This document shows positions 1 to 8,888 of a stretch of DNA of 64,000 nucleotides, in pieces. Each line of letters opens with the position of its first letter. The first letter of the stretch is position 1. The notes beneath the pieces are model-generated. The model had not been told where the DNA came from and did no database searches. It saw nothing but the letters and a program-made list of their open reading frames with translations. This stretch comes from a virus. A program made the position numbers and the translations under genes. The DNA lies in the IMG/VR virus record IMGVR_UViG_3300039066_000010; one strand, 5' to 3'.

Positions 1-48
1 GACATTTCCATTACAAAAGGAACGCTCTACCAACTGAGCTACTAAGGC
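1..48 (-). tRNA. tRNA-Thr (anticodon UGU), partial; truncated by window start
   Basis: Reverse complement gives acceptor GCCTTAG, D-arm GCTC/AGTTGGTAGA/GAGC, anticodon loop TTTGTAA (UGU); 3' half lies before position 1. Confidence 0.55.
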
Positions 49-51
49 TTG

Positions 52-516
52 TTAATTTCTTAAAATATAATTTAAAGTTCCTTTACTTGAAATATTAAAT
101 TTTTCCATTGTCTCTTTATAAGATTTATTAATAGAATGAAAATTTTGTATTTCATTTTTATCATATTTCTTCATAAAAGAACTAGCGTGAATAGATTTAA
201 CAAGTCTTAACTCTTTAGGTATATCTAACATATTATCAGATTGTGTACCAATCTTAATATTTTTACTAGAATTATCAGATTTAATGTTATTAACATGTCT
301 AACTACAATATCATCTTCAAATATTTTATCACCATGTTTCTGATAAGCTTGTAATCTATGACTTTTTAACTTTGTGTTTTTACCTGATATTCTTATAGTT
401 GTATAAACATAACCATTTGAATTAATACTTCCTATTTCTTTTTTAGAAGGATTAAGAAAAATACCTTTTTCTGTAACTCTGTATCCTCTTTCAAAAGCAA
501 TTTGTTCTATTTTCAT
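52..516 (-). CDS. HNH homing endonuclease (HNH_3-like)
   Basis: Motif VVRHVNNIKSDNSSKNIKIGTQSDN resembles H-x-N-x-N HNH_3 core of phage homing endonucleases; located inside tRNA array. Confidence 0.55.
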   Translation of the reverse strand: MKIEQIAFERGYRVTEKGIFLNPSKKEIGSINSNGYVYTTIRISGKNTKLKSHRLQAYQKHGDKIFEDDIVVRHVNNIKSDNSSKNIKIGTQSDNMLDIPKELRLVKSIHASSFMKKYDKNEIQNFHSINKSYKETMEKFNISSKGTLNYILRN

Positions 517-529
517 ACTTTAAAATCAG

Positions 530-603
530 CAGTACCGACGGAATTCGAATCCGCAATCTCCTCCGTGACAGGGAGGCAACATTCGCCAGTATGATGCGGT
601 ACT
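530..603 (-). tRNA. tRNA-Asp (GUC)
   Basis: Acceptor AGTACCG/CGGTACT, anticodon stem CCTCC/GGAGG, loop CTGTCAC, T-arm GCGGA-TTCGAAT-TCCGT. Confidence 0.7.
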
Positions 604-610
604 ATGTTTG

Positions 611-683
611 TAGCGGGGGTGGGATTCGAACCCACGACCTCAAGGATATGAACCTCACGAGCTGACCACTGCTCTACTCCGCT
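611..683 (-). tRNA. tRNA-Met/fMet/Ile2 (CAU)
   Basis: D-arm GAGC/AGTGGTCA/GCTC, anticodon loop TTCATAT (CAU), T-arm GTGGG-TTCGAAT-CCCAC. Confidence 0.65.
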
Positions 684-766
684 TAATTATTATGGTACAA
701 AGTTAATCAATAATTTAATACGTGTCAAGCATTTTACAAATTATTTTTAAAACTTTTTTCATTCGT

Positions 767-841
767 GCAGAAAGTGGGATTCGAACCCACGAAATCTTGA
801 TTGGAAGTCAAGTGCAATAGACCAAACTATGCGATTTCTGC
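767..841 (-). tRNA. tRNA-Gly (UCC)
   Basis: Acceptor GCAGAAA/TTTCTGC, anticodon stem CTTGA/TCAAG, loop CTTCCAA, T-arm GTGGG-TTCGAAT-CCCAC; enlarged D-loop. Confidence 0.65.
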
Positions 842-921
842 TGTTAAGGGGATTGTATTGTTTATTGTAACCTACGATTTACAATATGAAACTGTACATA
901 TTTTCTTAACTCCTCCCCTTG

Positions 922-995
922 TCGGTATAAATGGATTCGAACCACTCACCTTGGCAGTATCAGTGCCATGCTCTAACCAAATGAGCTATATACCG
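922..995 (-). tRNA. tRNA-Ile (GAU)
   Basis: Acceptor CGGTATA/TATACCG, D-arm GCTC/GAGC, anticodon stem TGGCA/TGCCA loop CTGATAC, T-loop TTCGAAT. Confidence 0.75.
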
Positions 996-1082
996 ATTAA
1001 ATAAACAAAGAATAGTACAGGTGTAATGAGTCTGGTAACTGTGACCTATCTCTGTTAGTCTGAGTTCATACTTGTTTATTTG

Positions 1083-1156
1083 TTCTCCCTGCAAGACTCG
1101 AACTTGCAATCCCTTCATTAAAAGTGAAGTGCTTTAACCAATTCAGCTAAAGGAGA
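1083..1156 (-). tRNA. tRNA-Lys (UUU)
   Basis: Acceptor TCTCCTT/AGGGAGA, anticodon stem CTTCA/TGAAG loop CTTTTAA, T-arm GCAAG-TTCGAGT-CTTGC. Confidence 0.75.
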
Positions 1157-1267
1157 ATGTGGTTAAGCAGCCTCGTCTTAACCTGTCGTCTTCTGGTTTA
1201 AAGGTTTTCATTCTGTTACCAGAACGCTCCGTGACGCTTATACCTTGAAACGTGAAAAGGCTTATCG

Positions 1268-1343
1268 TGGAGATGGTGAGATTCGAACTCACATCAGTCA
1301 GGTTGCAAACCTATCTCGCTACGCCTGAGAACATGCACCCCCA
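1268..1343 (-). pseudogene. tRNA-like remnant (canonical T-arm GTGAG-TTCGAAT-CTCAC but no matching 5' acceptor or anticodon arm)
   Basis: T-arm present at 1275-1291 (minus); expected 5' acceptor GGAGATG absent; putative anticodon region forms AGGTT-TGC-AACCT hairpin only. Confidence 0.3.
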
Positions 1344-1344
1344 A

Positions 1345-1379
1345 TAAAAAAGCCTCCAAGTTAATACAAGGAGGCTTTT
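1345..1379. terminator. Bidirectional intrinsic terminator-like hairpin (A-run, GCCTCC/GGAGGC stem, T-run)
   Basis: aaaaaaGCCTCCaagttaatacaaGGAGGCtttt seen directly. Confidence 0.4.
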
Positions 1380-1560
1380 GATATAATGATTGTTATCTAA
1401 ATAACTACATACCGATTCCTCCGGATGGTTTACCCCCGTCTTTAATATCCGCTATCGTAACAATTCTTTTCATCTGTGTTTTAATTTGGAGCAAAGATAA
1501 TGAAAAATATAATACCTTACAAATTTTCAGAGAAGAAAAACTTTAATTATTTTTATTTTG

Positions 1561-1633
1561 TCTCTCCGGATGGACTCGAACCACCAATCTTTCGGGTCGT
1601 ATCCGAGGGCTTTATCCATTCAGCTACGGAGAG
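1561..1633 (-). tRNA. tRNA-Arg (ACG)
   Basis: Acceptor CTCTCCG/CGGAGAG, anticodon loop ATACGAC (ACG), T-arm GGTGG-TTCGAGT-CCATC. Confidence 0.65.
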
Positions 1634-1637
1634 TTAG

Positions 1638-1720
1638 TACCGAGAGTGGGATTTGAACCCACAAAACCCCTGTTTCTAAGACAGGACACTCTACCAGCTT
1701 CGTTTTTACGTCACCTCGGC
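1638..1720 (-). tRNA. Atypical 83-nt tRNA-like gene with Leu-type anticodon loop CTTAGAA (UAG); ~9 extra nt in 5'/D region, short variable region
   Basis: T-arm GTGGG-TTCAAAT-CCCAC, anticodon stem CCTGT/ACAGG; acceptor pairing only found with GCCGAGG 83 nt upstream; not a canonical type II Leu. Confidence 0.3.
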
Positions 1721-1725
1721 TTTTG

Positions 1726-1795
1726 GGTGTTGCGGAGACTCGAACTCCATCAACTGAGTCACAATCAGTCTGCTTAACCATTAGCATAACAACAC
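1726..1795 (-). tRNA. tRNA-His (GUG)
   Basis: Acceptor GTGTTGT/GCAACAC, D-arm TGCT/AGCA, anticodon stem ACTGA/TCAGT loop TTGTGAC, T-loop TTCGAGT. Confidence 0.55.
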
Positions 1796-1797
1796 AG

Positions 1798-1869
1798 TTG
1801 GGATATAGAGACTCGAACTCCAACGAGATGGCTCAAAACCACCGATGCTAACCATTACATCATATCCCA
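1798..1869 (-). tRNA. tRNA-Gln (UUG)
   Basis: Acceptor TGGGATA/TATCCCA, D-arm ATGT/AATGGTTA/GCAT, anticodon stem GGTGG/CCATC loop TTTTGAG. Confidence 0.7.
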
Positions 1870-1927
1870 TTTTAAACATATAAGTCTTCTTTTTTATAAT
1901 CTTTTATATTCACAATAAAAATTTTAG

Positions 1928-2002
1928 TACTGCCTACGAGATTCGAACTCGCATTATCCACGTTGAAAGTGTGGTGTCCTATTCCAATTAGACGAAAGCA
2001 GC
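1928..2002 (-). tRNA. tRNA-Glu (UUC)
   Basis: D-arm GTCT/GGAC, anticodon loop CTTTCAA, T-arm GCGAG-TTCGAAT-CTCGT; acceptor with two G-U pairs. Confidence 0.6.
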
Positions 2003-2012
2003 TTTTAATTAG

Positions 2013-2082
2013 TTGGGGATGTAGGATTCGAACCTCGCCTCGCACGTCCAAGGTGCGGATGCTAACCATTACAACACATCCC
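2013..2082 (-). tRNA. tRNA-Pro (UGG)
   Basis: Acceptor GGGGATG/CATCCCC, anticodon stem CGCAC/GTGCG loop CTTGGAC, T-loop TTCGAAT. Confidence 0.7.
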
Positions 2083-2273
2083 CAAAATAAAAAAGACCCC
2101 ATATTACTATGAGGTCTAAAAATGAAATATAAATACGTTACAAACTTTAAGTTTGATTAGTATGTACACACTTAGCCTCAAAAACCATTTCCGGTTCTTG
2201 TTGTAAACGTTCGATATGTAGTACTAATCTTTTCATGGGTACAAAGTTATAAAATTTTTTAATACACTCCTAA

Positions 2274-2483
2274 TTAATTTATCATTTTTTTATAATGTAC
2301 TATTAATTTTTCCATTTTGTCATTGTAGAAGTCATCAAACCAAGGGTGTCCCTCAGCATTTTGCTCCCATAACTTAAAGAAAACTTCCCTCAGTCTAACT
2401 GAAGGTGTTTTAGGTTTTTCCTCTTTTGTTCTCTCTGACCTACTCATAAAACTATTATTTACATAATTGTTTGAACGCTTCAT
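2274..2483 (-). CDS. Hypothetical small protein
   Basis: ORF only; overlaps next gene start by ~29 nt. Confidence 0.3.
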   Translation of the reverse strand: MKRSNNYVNNSFMSRSERTKEEKPKTPSVRLREVFFKLWEQNAEGHPWFDDFYNDKMEKLIVHYKKMIN

Positions 2484-3102
2484 AATACTCTGATATCTCT
2501 AAAGCTATCTTTAAAACATCCTGTCTAACCGTCTCTAAACGAAAGACATCTAAACTTCTATCGATGATTTCAAATTGACTACCTAATACAAGGGTTTCAC
2601 CTTTGAAAGCATTACCAAGTCTTTCAATTAAAACAACCTCTGCTTTATCTGGGAGAACCCCTGTTTCCTGTTCTAAAGCTAAAGCGTAAATCTCCAACTG
2701 GTAATAATCATCGTTATCATACTCTGTTCTTTTACCCATATCACCGGTTTTATAATCTATGATATGTTTAAAGTCAGAGCTGTTGGTGTCAATAAATCCT
2801 TTGATGTAAAATCCTTCTGGGAATTCTAATCTAATCATCCTTTCGAAACTATCCAATCTTGGGAGTTGTAATAATAACTTCCTCTCATCTCTTGAAAAAT
2901 CAGAGAAGTCATTGTTTTCAAGTGCTTCACCGACTTTCTTCCCTAGGTCTGTGTATTGATTCCCATCAAATCCTTCACCTAAGAAATACTGCCTGATATA
3001 ATCTCTCTTACTTCTCTTCCAAGTGGCAATTTGAGAATAAGAGAGGTACGGTGTACCCCCCTCATCTTTTCTAGGTAAATCTATTTTATTGTTTTTAGCC
3101 AT
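2455..3102 (-). CDS. PD-(D/E)XK nuclease (Cas4/RecB-like or phage exonuclease family)
   Basis: Motifs IIDYKTG (D-x-K) and QLEIYALAL (QhxxY) in order typical for PD-(D/E)XK exonucleases. Confidence 0.55.
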   Translation of the reverse strand: MAKNNKIDLPRKDEGGTPYLSYSQIATWKRSKRDYIRQYFLGEGFDGNQYTDLGKKVGEALENNDFSDFSRDERKLLLQLPRLDSFERMIRLEFPEGFYIKGFIDTNSSDFKHIIDYKTGDMGKRTEYDNDDYYQLEIYALALEQETGVLPDKAEVVLIERLGNAFKGETLVLGSQFEIIDRSLDVFRLETVRQDVLKIALEISEYYEAFKQLCK

Positions 3103-4001
3103 GCTTTTGTAACATTTGTGATTTTACCTTTAGCTGTTGATGTCAGAGCTTCTAAAACAACCATGGTTTTCACCTTGTCTTTAGAATTATTATAAATCTC
3201 CAACAATTCAGCTTGTTCTTTCTCTCCGAATTTACCACCATTAAACAATTTAATGACTAATGGAATTTTCTCGATATCACTATCATCAACTAGAGAATGT
3301 ACAGGTTTCAAAACATCTTCAAATCTACACTTTCTAACGACGTTAGCAACGGTTAAAACATCCTTTTCACAATAAGTTATAATTCTGTCTAAACCTTCTT
3401 GACCTTCACTGTAATAAACTCTAGCTACGTCAGCCCCAGATATGTCATCTTTAGGCGATGGTAAACCAAGTGTTGAAGCAATAGCAATAAGCGAAGCTCC
3501 GTTAAAACCAGTTCCTTTCCATAACACATTCGTATCAATTAATGTATCTAAAACCTCCCATGGTTTCTTGTCAGATGTATCTAACATATCATGTGGTTGA
3601 ATACCGTTAGCAAGACATCTCCTTAACAAATAAGGGATGTCGAACCCAACTATAGCCTGACCACATAAAAGCGTCTTAGGATTCTTATCTGTAACTTTCT
3701 GAAGGTCTTCTGTAAATTCGATTAATAAATCTCTCTCTTCACCACTGTAAGATTTAAGATTTAATTCACCCCCTTTAATTCGACCTACTGAAATCACTAC
3801 AATCTTCCCGAACTCTGGGTAAAGAGCAGCTGTCTTACTGAATAATTCAGCAGCGTCTTCTTCATTTTTCCCATCTCGTTTTATTTTATAAACCCATGCG
3901 TCATATACAGGATGGTCTGGAGTCAGTTCTTCAACAATTCCAACCGTTTCAATGTCTATGAAGACAACGTTGTCTAAATTTAATCTTTTTAATGCTCTCA
4001 T
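3081..4001 (-). CDS. DnaQ-like DEDD 3'-5' exonuclease
   Basis: FIDIETVG (Exo I), later YCEKDV (Exo III Y-x3-D). Confidence 0.6.
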   Translation of the reverse strand: MRALKRLNLDNVVFIDIETVGIVEELTPDHPVYDAWVYKIKRDGKNEEDAAELFSKTAALYPEFGKIVVISVGRIKGGELNLKSYSGEERDLLIEFTEDLQKVTDKNPKTLLCGQAIVGFDIPYLLRRCLANGIQPHDMLDTSDKKPWEVLDTLIDTNVLWKGTGFNGASLIAIASTLGLPSPKDDISGADVARVYYSEGQEGLDRIITYCEKDVLTVANVVRKCRFEDVLKPVHSLVDDSDIEKIPLVIKLFNGGKFGEKEQAELLEIYNNSKDKVKTMVVLEALTSTAKGKITNVTKAWLKTIK

Positions 4002-4993
4002 TACGCTGTAGGTGTTACTAAATGTTTATACTTCGCTTCTGATTTTCTACTTCTACCAATACTTCCACAACTCTTACATCTAAATGCTTCGTAAATAGCT
4101 ACTGAAGTGTGATATTCCCCACCTCTCTCTAACTCTTCACTTGCACAAGTAGGGCAGCATTGAATATCCTCTGTAATATGTAACCCCATATTTGGATGAG
4201 GTTTGATAAATCTCCTAATTTTCAAGTAAACATCCTCTAAAAGTGTTACATCACCTTTATTGTAAGTCTCCATTTTAATTAGGGCATCAGTATCCCCTTT
4301 TACACATCGTTTCCAAAGGTCAAATCCTCCAGTCTCTGCTTTTCTACCTACGTTTAAAAACTCACCTAAATAATCTAACTTATTAGAGGAAACCGATAAT
4401 TGCTTACGAGCATGTTCCAAGGTATCGATTAATTTATAAGGCATTGGCTGAGGTAAATCGTGTTTCAAGAACCTTGTGTTAATTCTTTTAACATCGAACT
4501 TCTTACCATTATGAGCGATAATTACATCGGCTTCATTAATTAATTCCCATAGACTTTGAGTGATTCGTTTATCATCTTCCTCGACTGCCTCAATACTAGT
4601 AAGTCTATCTGACATAATCTCTGTCCCGAATAACCATTTAGCCGACCATGTTAACATGTACCAGTCTGACTGTAGCATCGCTAAGTTATGACCAATGTTC
4701 TGATTCCATAATCCCCAGATGTAAGCAGTTAAAGGAGCTGTCTCAATATCAAATAATAAAATCTTAGCTTGATGAGGAGGTTTTACAATTTCATGGTCTA
4801 CAACCACTATATGATTCACCCTGTCTCTGTATTTCCTAGACAATCCTAATCGTTTAGCCCACTTCCTAACTGTTCTGGCGTATACATCAAACTTTCTACC
4901 AACCATATCATAGATAACATTTTTGTTGGTTTGGGTAGTGTATACTTCCTTTATCCAAAGTTTATCCTCCGGTGTTAAATCTCTATACGTCAT
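4001..4993 (-). CDS. DEDD 3'-5' exonuclease with N-terminal HTH-like region and C-terminal Cys4 zinc ribbon
   Basis: LFDIETAP (Exo I), IIAHNGKKFD (Exo II), YNKGDVTLLEDVY (Exo III); CCPTC...CKSCG. Confidence 0.6.
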   Translation of the reverse strand: MTYRDLTPEDKLWIKEVYTTQTNKNVIYDMVGRKFDVYARTVRKWAKRLGLSRKYRDRVNHIVVVDHEIVKPPHQAKILLFDIETAPLTAYIWGLWNQNIGHNLAMLQSDWYMLTWSAKWLFGTEIMSDRLTSIEAVEEDDKRITQSLWELINEADVIIAHNGKKFDVKRINTRFLKHDLPQPMPYKLIDTLEHARKQLSVSSNKLDYLGEFLNVGRKAETGGFDLWKRCVKGDTDALIKMETYNKGDVTLLEDVYLKIRRFIKPHPNMGLHITEDIQCCPTCASEELERGGEYHTSVAIYEAFRCKSCGSIGRSRKSEAKYKHLVTPTA

Positions 4994-5139
4994 TTGTTAA
5001 TGTTAAGTTACTTTTTAAACTTTTCAGTTTATTTATTACAGCATCTATTTTAGATGCACTTTTCTTATCCTCATCAACAATAGATTCGTATATTTCATCT
5101 ATATCCTTGTGGATGTCATCGGTAAGTTTGAAAACGGTA

Positions 5140-5592
5140 TTAGCTGCTTTTGCGTCCATATCCTTTATCTTTTAAGATTTTAATAACCTGCTCACAATCA
5201 ACCTTACTTTTCGGCATGAATAAAACTGGAGGTTTATCCCTTTTATTCATTAAGTCTTTGAACAATTTCCAAACAACTGGAAATCTTTCATTAGGTCTAC
5301 CTTTTACTTCAATCACAAAAGATTCATCAGGTGATACGAAATCCGGTGTGTAACGCATTGGTTGAGCTTTACGTTTATCGGACATCTCTGGGGAGTCTTT
5401 CCTTGTCCTCTCCCAGTTTTCCTCTTTGTAAGCAAAACCATCTACTAACACATAAACTTGTGATTCATAACCGGCTTCTATCCCTGACTCTTTTAGTAAT
5501 TTGTACATGGTAGATTCTAGGGTTGATGCGAAATTAATCCCATCGATTGTAATCTTTTTGGCGTTTACAATCATTTTACCTTTTTTCCTCAT
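5140..5592 (-). CDS. Phage PD-(D/E)XK-type endonuclease (DUF1064-like, FDS-x2-E family)
   Basis: IDGINFASTLESTMYKLL then YTPDF ... IEVKG pattern. Confidence 0.4.
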   Translation of the reverse strand: MRKKGKMIVNAKKITIDGINFASTLESTMYKLLKESGIEAGYESQVYVLVDGFAYKEENWERTRKDSPEMSDKRKAQPMRYTPDFVSPDESFVIEVKGRPNERFPVVWKLFKDLMNKRDKPPVLFMPKSKVDCEQVIKILKDKGYGRKSS

Positions 5593-5595
5593 TTA

Positions 5596-6531
5596 TTATT
5601 TGGTTTTAATGGTAGGTATTCCATATTTAGTTGTCAACCAATCTCGTTTATACATGTCGTACTGTCTTTGTGTTGGTAATTTATCAACACAGTATTTAAC
5701 ATAATTAGCCTCTTCCTTCTCTAGTTTGATTCTCTCCCTTTCCAATCTGGAGATATTCTCTAATCTTTCTAAAGTTCCGTCTATCTTATGTATGATTTTA
5801 TAACACTCGTCTATGTAATAATCATAATTGATATCATAATCTGATATGTCTTTCGGTACGAAGGTGTTGAAAATAGTAACAAGTTTTCCTGATTCAATCT
5901 CTATACTCCTGTCGTCTTTTAACTTCCTGAAAGTTCTACCATTTGTTGATATAAAATATCTGTTTGTTTTTTGTTCCGGTCTATGATTCTTTCCGACCCC
6001 TTCTTTAATATCTAAAGTTTCTGAAACCCATCCGTGTGAAGCATTGAATGTTTTACAGAAATCATAAATATTAGTGTGATTTCTAACAGTTTGTTCAACC
6101 GGAATGTTTTTAAGGAAGTAATCAGATACAGCCAAAGCAACAATTCCTTGAGAGAATGATTTATGATACTCCCCATCTTTAATCATTTCCTGATTAGATT
6201 TGAAAGTACCTTTGTATTTGACTTTACCATTAACTCCTACAGCGATGTAGTTATTAACATTTAATATTATCATTTTCTGATAAGCTACATACTCTAAAAC
6301 TAATCTCGTTCTAGCCTCCCATTCTTTACAAATCTCCCAGTATAATTTCTTATATTTTATTGGGATTCGAACAGTTAAACCATCCGTATTGATTTGTAAC
6401 ATTTTTAAATCCGGTACTCTAGTCATTAACATTTCAGACAACATACATAAAGCTAATTGTCCAGCTAATGTTGTTTTCAAAGTGTATAACGGGTCGTATA
6501 AAAAACTGTACTCTGAGTTTGATTTTCCATA
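5596..6531 (-). CDS. Family B DNA polymerase, exon 3 (motif B tail YGK, motif C INTDG, KxY region)
   Basis: In-frame upstream extension of track ORF reads RYGKSNSEYSFLYDPLYTLKTTLAGQ; LQINTDGLTV matches PolB motif C (DTD). Confidence 0.55.
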   Translation of the reverse strand, partial: YGKSNSEYSFLYDPLYTLKTTLAGQLALCMLSEMLMTRVPDLKMLQINTDGLTVRIPIKYKKLYWEICKEWEARTRLVLEYVAYQKMIILNVNNYIAVGVNGKVKYKGTFKSNQEMIKDGEYHKSFSQGIVALAVSDYFLKNIPVEQTVRNHTNIYDFCKTFNASHGWVSETLDIKEGVGKNHRPEQKTNRYFISTNGRTFRKLKDDRSIEIESGKLVTIFNTFVPKDISDYDINYDYYIDECYKIIHKIDGTLERLENISRLERERIKLEKEEANYVKYCVDKLPTQRQYDMYKRDWLTTKYGIPTIKTK

Positions 6532-6532
6532 T

Positions 6533-7556
6533 CTTTATTTGTTATCTTGTAAGCTCTTTATCTCACAACTCTGCATTTTATTTTGTTATATGCAGTTCAG
6601 ACTATATCATCATCTTTCGATGTCGGACGCTCGTGTCGAGTTTATTGTTTACGCTACTCACTCATTAGTCGTTGAACCTTCTAGTTACTTATTGCGTTTC
6701 ACTAGCTTGGCTGCTGATTGTCCACTTCTGGAGTTTCCAGCAATTCATCCAATTTTAATTCGGCATATTTGAAAATCAAACCTTTGTAGGTTTTACCTGT
6801 TTTACAACTCTTGTTAATATTACAACTCATTAACATTTTATAAGGAATACCTAGTCTATCACTACTAAATCTACTTTTAATGGGTAATTCATTTTCTGAG
6901 GTTAATGACCACTCTTCTAAGTCTTTACTTGATTCCCAAGTACCTAATAACACCTTATCTAAAGAGTAAACGCTTATTTTTGGGCTATTTAATCTACTTC
7001 TTTTAGAAGTGTTTTTATGAGCCTGTTTTAGTTCATCGCTTATTGTCTTAGGTACTTTTAAATAAGAGTAATCATGTTTTTCTTTAGTCAATCCCTTATT
7101 CCAAGTTCTCCTCCCATAAAATGTAGATTTTAATTCTCCTCTTGTGTATCTATCTTTTAATGTTTTAGCTCTCTTAATTATAGTTTCTTTAGATAAATTA
7201 GGTGTACCAGAAGCTAAAGGGTTTATATTAAATAAATTATCAGTGTTATCTAAATAAATTTGTTCACGGTTTAACACTTGTTCTTTATCTTCTACAATCT
7301 CTAAAATGTTTATTTTAAATTTATCTTCACCGTGTTTATTATAACTTCTTTGTAAATGAGAATTTTTATGTTTGTTGTTTCTCAACATACAAATGTGATG
7401 ATTCAATCTTTTTTTAAACGATTGAGTAGTAGAACCTATATATCTTTTATTAGATTCTGTACAAACTATTTCATACACTCCTATTTTATCTAAATCTTTC
7501 AAGTTATTCAGCATATTATCTTTATTTTTACACAAAGATAATAAAAATATTAATTT
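6533..7556 (-). mobile_element. Group I-like intron 2 in polB (interrupts motif B) carrying GIY-YIG homing endonuclease ORF
   Basis: 5' exon ends in T (…TCGGT|), intron ends in G, joining gives KLSANSV|YG = KxxxNSxYG; ORF-free structured 3' segment 6533-6701 shares blocks with intron 1 core. Confidence 0.55.
6702..7535 (-). CDS. GIY-YIG homing endonuclease (intron-encoded) with C-terminal NUMOD-like DNA-binding region
   Basis: GVYEIVCTESNKRYIGSTT...RLNHH classic GIY-x10-YIG...R...H. Confidence 0.8.
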   Translation of the reverse strand: MCKNKDNMLNNLKDLDKIGVYEIVCTESNKRYIGSTTQSFKKRLNHHICMLRNNKHKNSHLQRSYNKHGEDKFKINILEIVEDKEQVLNREQIYLDNTDNLFNINPLASGTPNLSKETIIKRAKTLKDRYTRGELKSTFYGRRTWNKGLTKEKHDYSYLKVPKTISDELKQAHKNTSKRSRLNSPKISVYSLDKVLLGTWESSKDLEEWSLTSENELPIKSRFSSDRLGIPYKMLMSCNINKSCKTGKTYKGLIFKYAELKLDELLETPEVDNQQPS

Positions 7557-7789
7557 ACCGAATTTGCTGATAACTTGAAACCGTCAGCCATTACTTTATC
7601 ACCTTCTTTCTTAGCTTTTAAACGAGGGATTACAATTCCATTTTCATAAATAGAAGAAAACTCTTCCCCTAAATGTTCTGGGTAAAGACCTAATGTTATA
7701 GCTAAACTTGGATATAAACTTGCGACGTCTGCGTCGACAATGATATATTCCTCGTCTGATTTATACACTCCTTCTTTGATACAACCATG
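7557..7789 (-). CDS. Family B DNA polymerase, exon 2 (motif A DxxSLYPS and start of motif B)
   Basis: IIVDADVASLYPS (motif A) and FKLSANSV (motif B first half); in-frame upstream extension beyond track start (GTG) to a stop near 7790. Confidence 0.55.
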
Positions 7790-8888
7790 TCATTTGTTAT
7801 CGTAACGGTTTTTTATCCATTACTTCTTATAATTTATTATCTTATAAGTTCGGCATACATTTTCATCTGAAATTCAGATGTCGAACACTCGTGGGGAGAT
7901 TATTGATTCCATAACTCTCACTCCCTATGCTCTACGATACTAACTGGTCTCATTAGTTATCTCGGTATTGAATTAAAAAAATTTAGCTTTTTTTCTAGAT
8001 AGGTAATAATTAGAGTCTTTATATAGATAGTCAAATATTTTTTGTCTTGATTCATAACCTAGATTTATCATCAACCTGTAATATTCCATTTTATTACAGT
8101 CTGTTCTTAATCTACTAGTTGTTCCCAATTCGTTAAATATACTTTCTATTTCTTGCATAAACGGTTTACTTGTAGAAACAAATTTAATTTCTGATTTAGT
8201 CACACATCCGTCTCCATCTAAGAAACCCCTTATGAAATCTCTTATTAAATGCGAAGGTATTTTGTCTAAAATTGTAAATTGTAAGTCTTGTGTTTTATTA
8301 GGTGTGACTCCTAATCTTAGTAAATCGTCTGCTATTTGCTGAGATGAAAACTTAAAAATAATAGTATTTTTACGTGTTATCGAATCCGTCGATTTATTAA
8401 TTGTTTTTAAAACAAATTCTGGAATTATAGAATCTCTAATCAACTCTATTACTTCCAAGTCATCTATATTATTACAAAAACTTATTCTTTGTTGTCTATT
8501 TCCTTTTTTACAGGAAATGTTACCGTCTGCTACTAAAAACCCTAATATATAACTCTTCAGTTCGGAGTTTATGTTTTCAAAGAAATCATGATTAATATAA
8601 TATGTGAAATTTTTTCTTATTTCTACTTTGAAAAAATTCGTAATATCTGATAATCTTTTTTCTGGAATATTTAACTCTTCACTGATTTTTCTTAAGTTAC
8701 ACCCTTTATTCGCTAATTCTTTTATTTTGTCAATTGTATCGGGTTGTAAGTATTTCTTAAATTTCATATCTCTAATTTTATTCAAAGATAATTAAAAAAT
8801 CCACACGTTCCATTTTTTTAATTGACTCAAATATCTTCTACCGATATTGCTCGATTTATTACCTATTTGTCACCAAATAGGAGGACAC
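7790..8888 (-). mobile_element. Group I-like intron 1 in polB (between YxGG and motif A) carrying LAGLIDADG homing endonuclease ORF; boundaries approximate
   Basis: Exon 1 ends FEYGGFTFDLGTGG (YxGG), exon 2 resumes (IKEG)VYKSDEEYIIVDADVASLYPS; spacing to motif A matches PolB only if ~1.1 kb removed; ORF-free 7769-7972 segment homologous to intron 2 3' segment (gatgtcgRacRctcgtg, actcactc, cattagt). Confidence 0.45.
7973..8785 (-). CDS. LAGLIDADG homing endonuclease (double-motif)
   Basis: LGFLVADGNIS and RGFLDGDGCV motifs ~100 aa apart; TTG start. Confidence 0.8.
   Translation of the reverse strand: MNKIRDMKFKKYLQPDTIDKIKELANKGCNLRKISEELNIPEKRLSDITNFFKVEIRKNFTYYINHDFFENINSELKSYILGFLVADGNISCKKGNRQQRISFCNNIDDLEVIELIRDSIIPEFVLKTINKSTDSITRKNTIIFKFSSQQIADDLLRLGVTPNKTQDLQFTILDKIPSHLIRDFIRGFLDGDGCVTKSEIKFVSTSKPFMQEIESIFNELGTTSRLRTDCNKMEYYRLMINLGYESRQKIFDYLYKDSNYYLSRKKAKFF

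Noticed and set aside
801-1004. 67-aa plus-strand ORF
   Set aside because: Lies entirely across two minus-strand tRNA genes; chance ORF.
1638-1720. Calling this gene a canonical type II tRNA-Leu
   Set aside because: Variable region is short (about 6 nt) and the extra length is in the 5'/D region, so it does not fit the type II architecture; left as atypical or uncertain.
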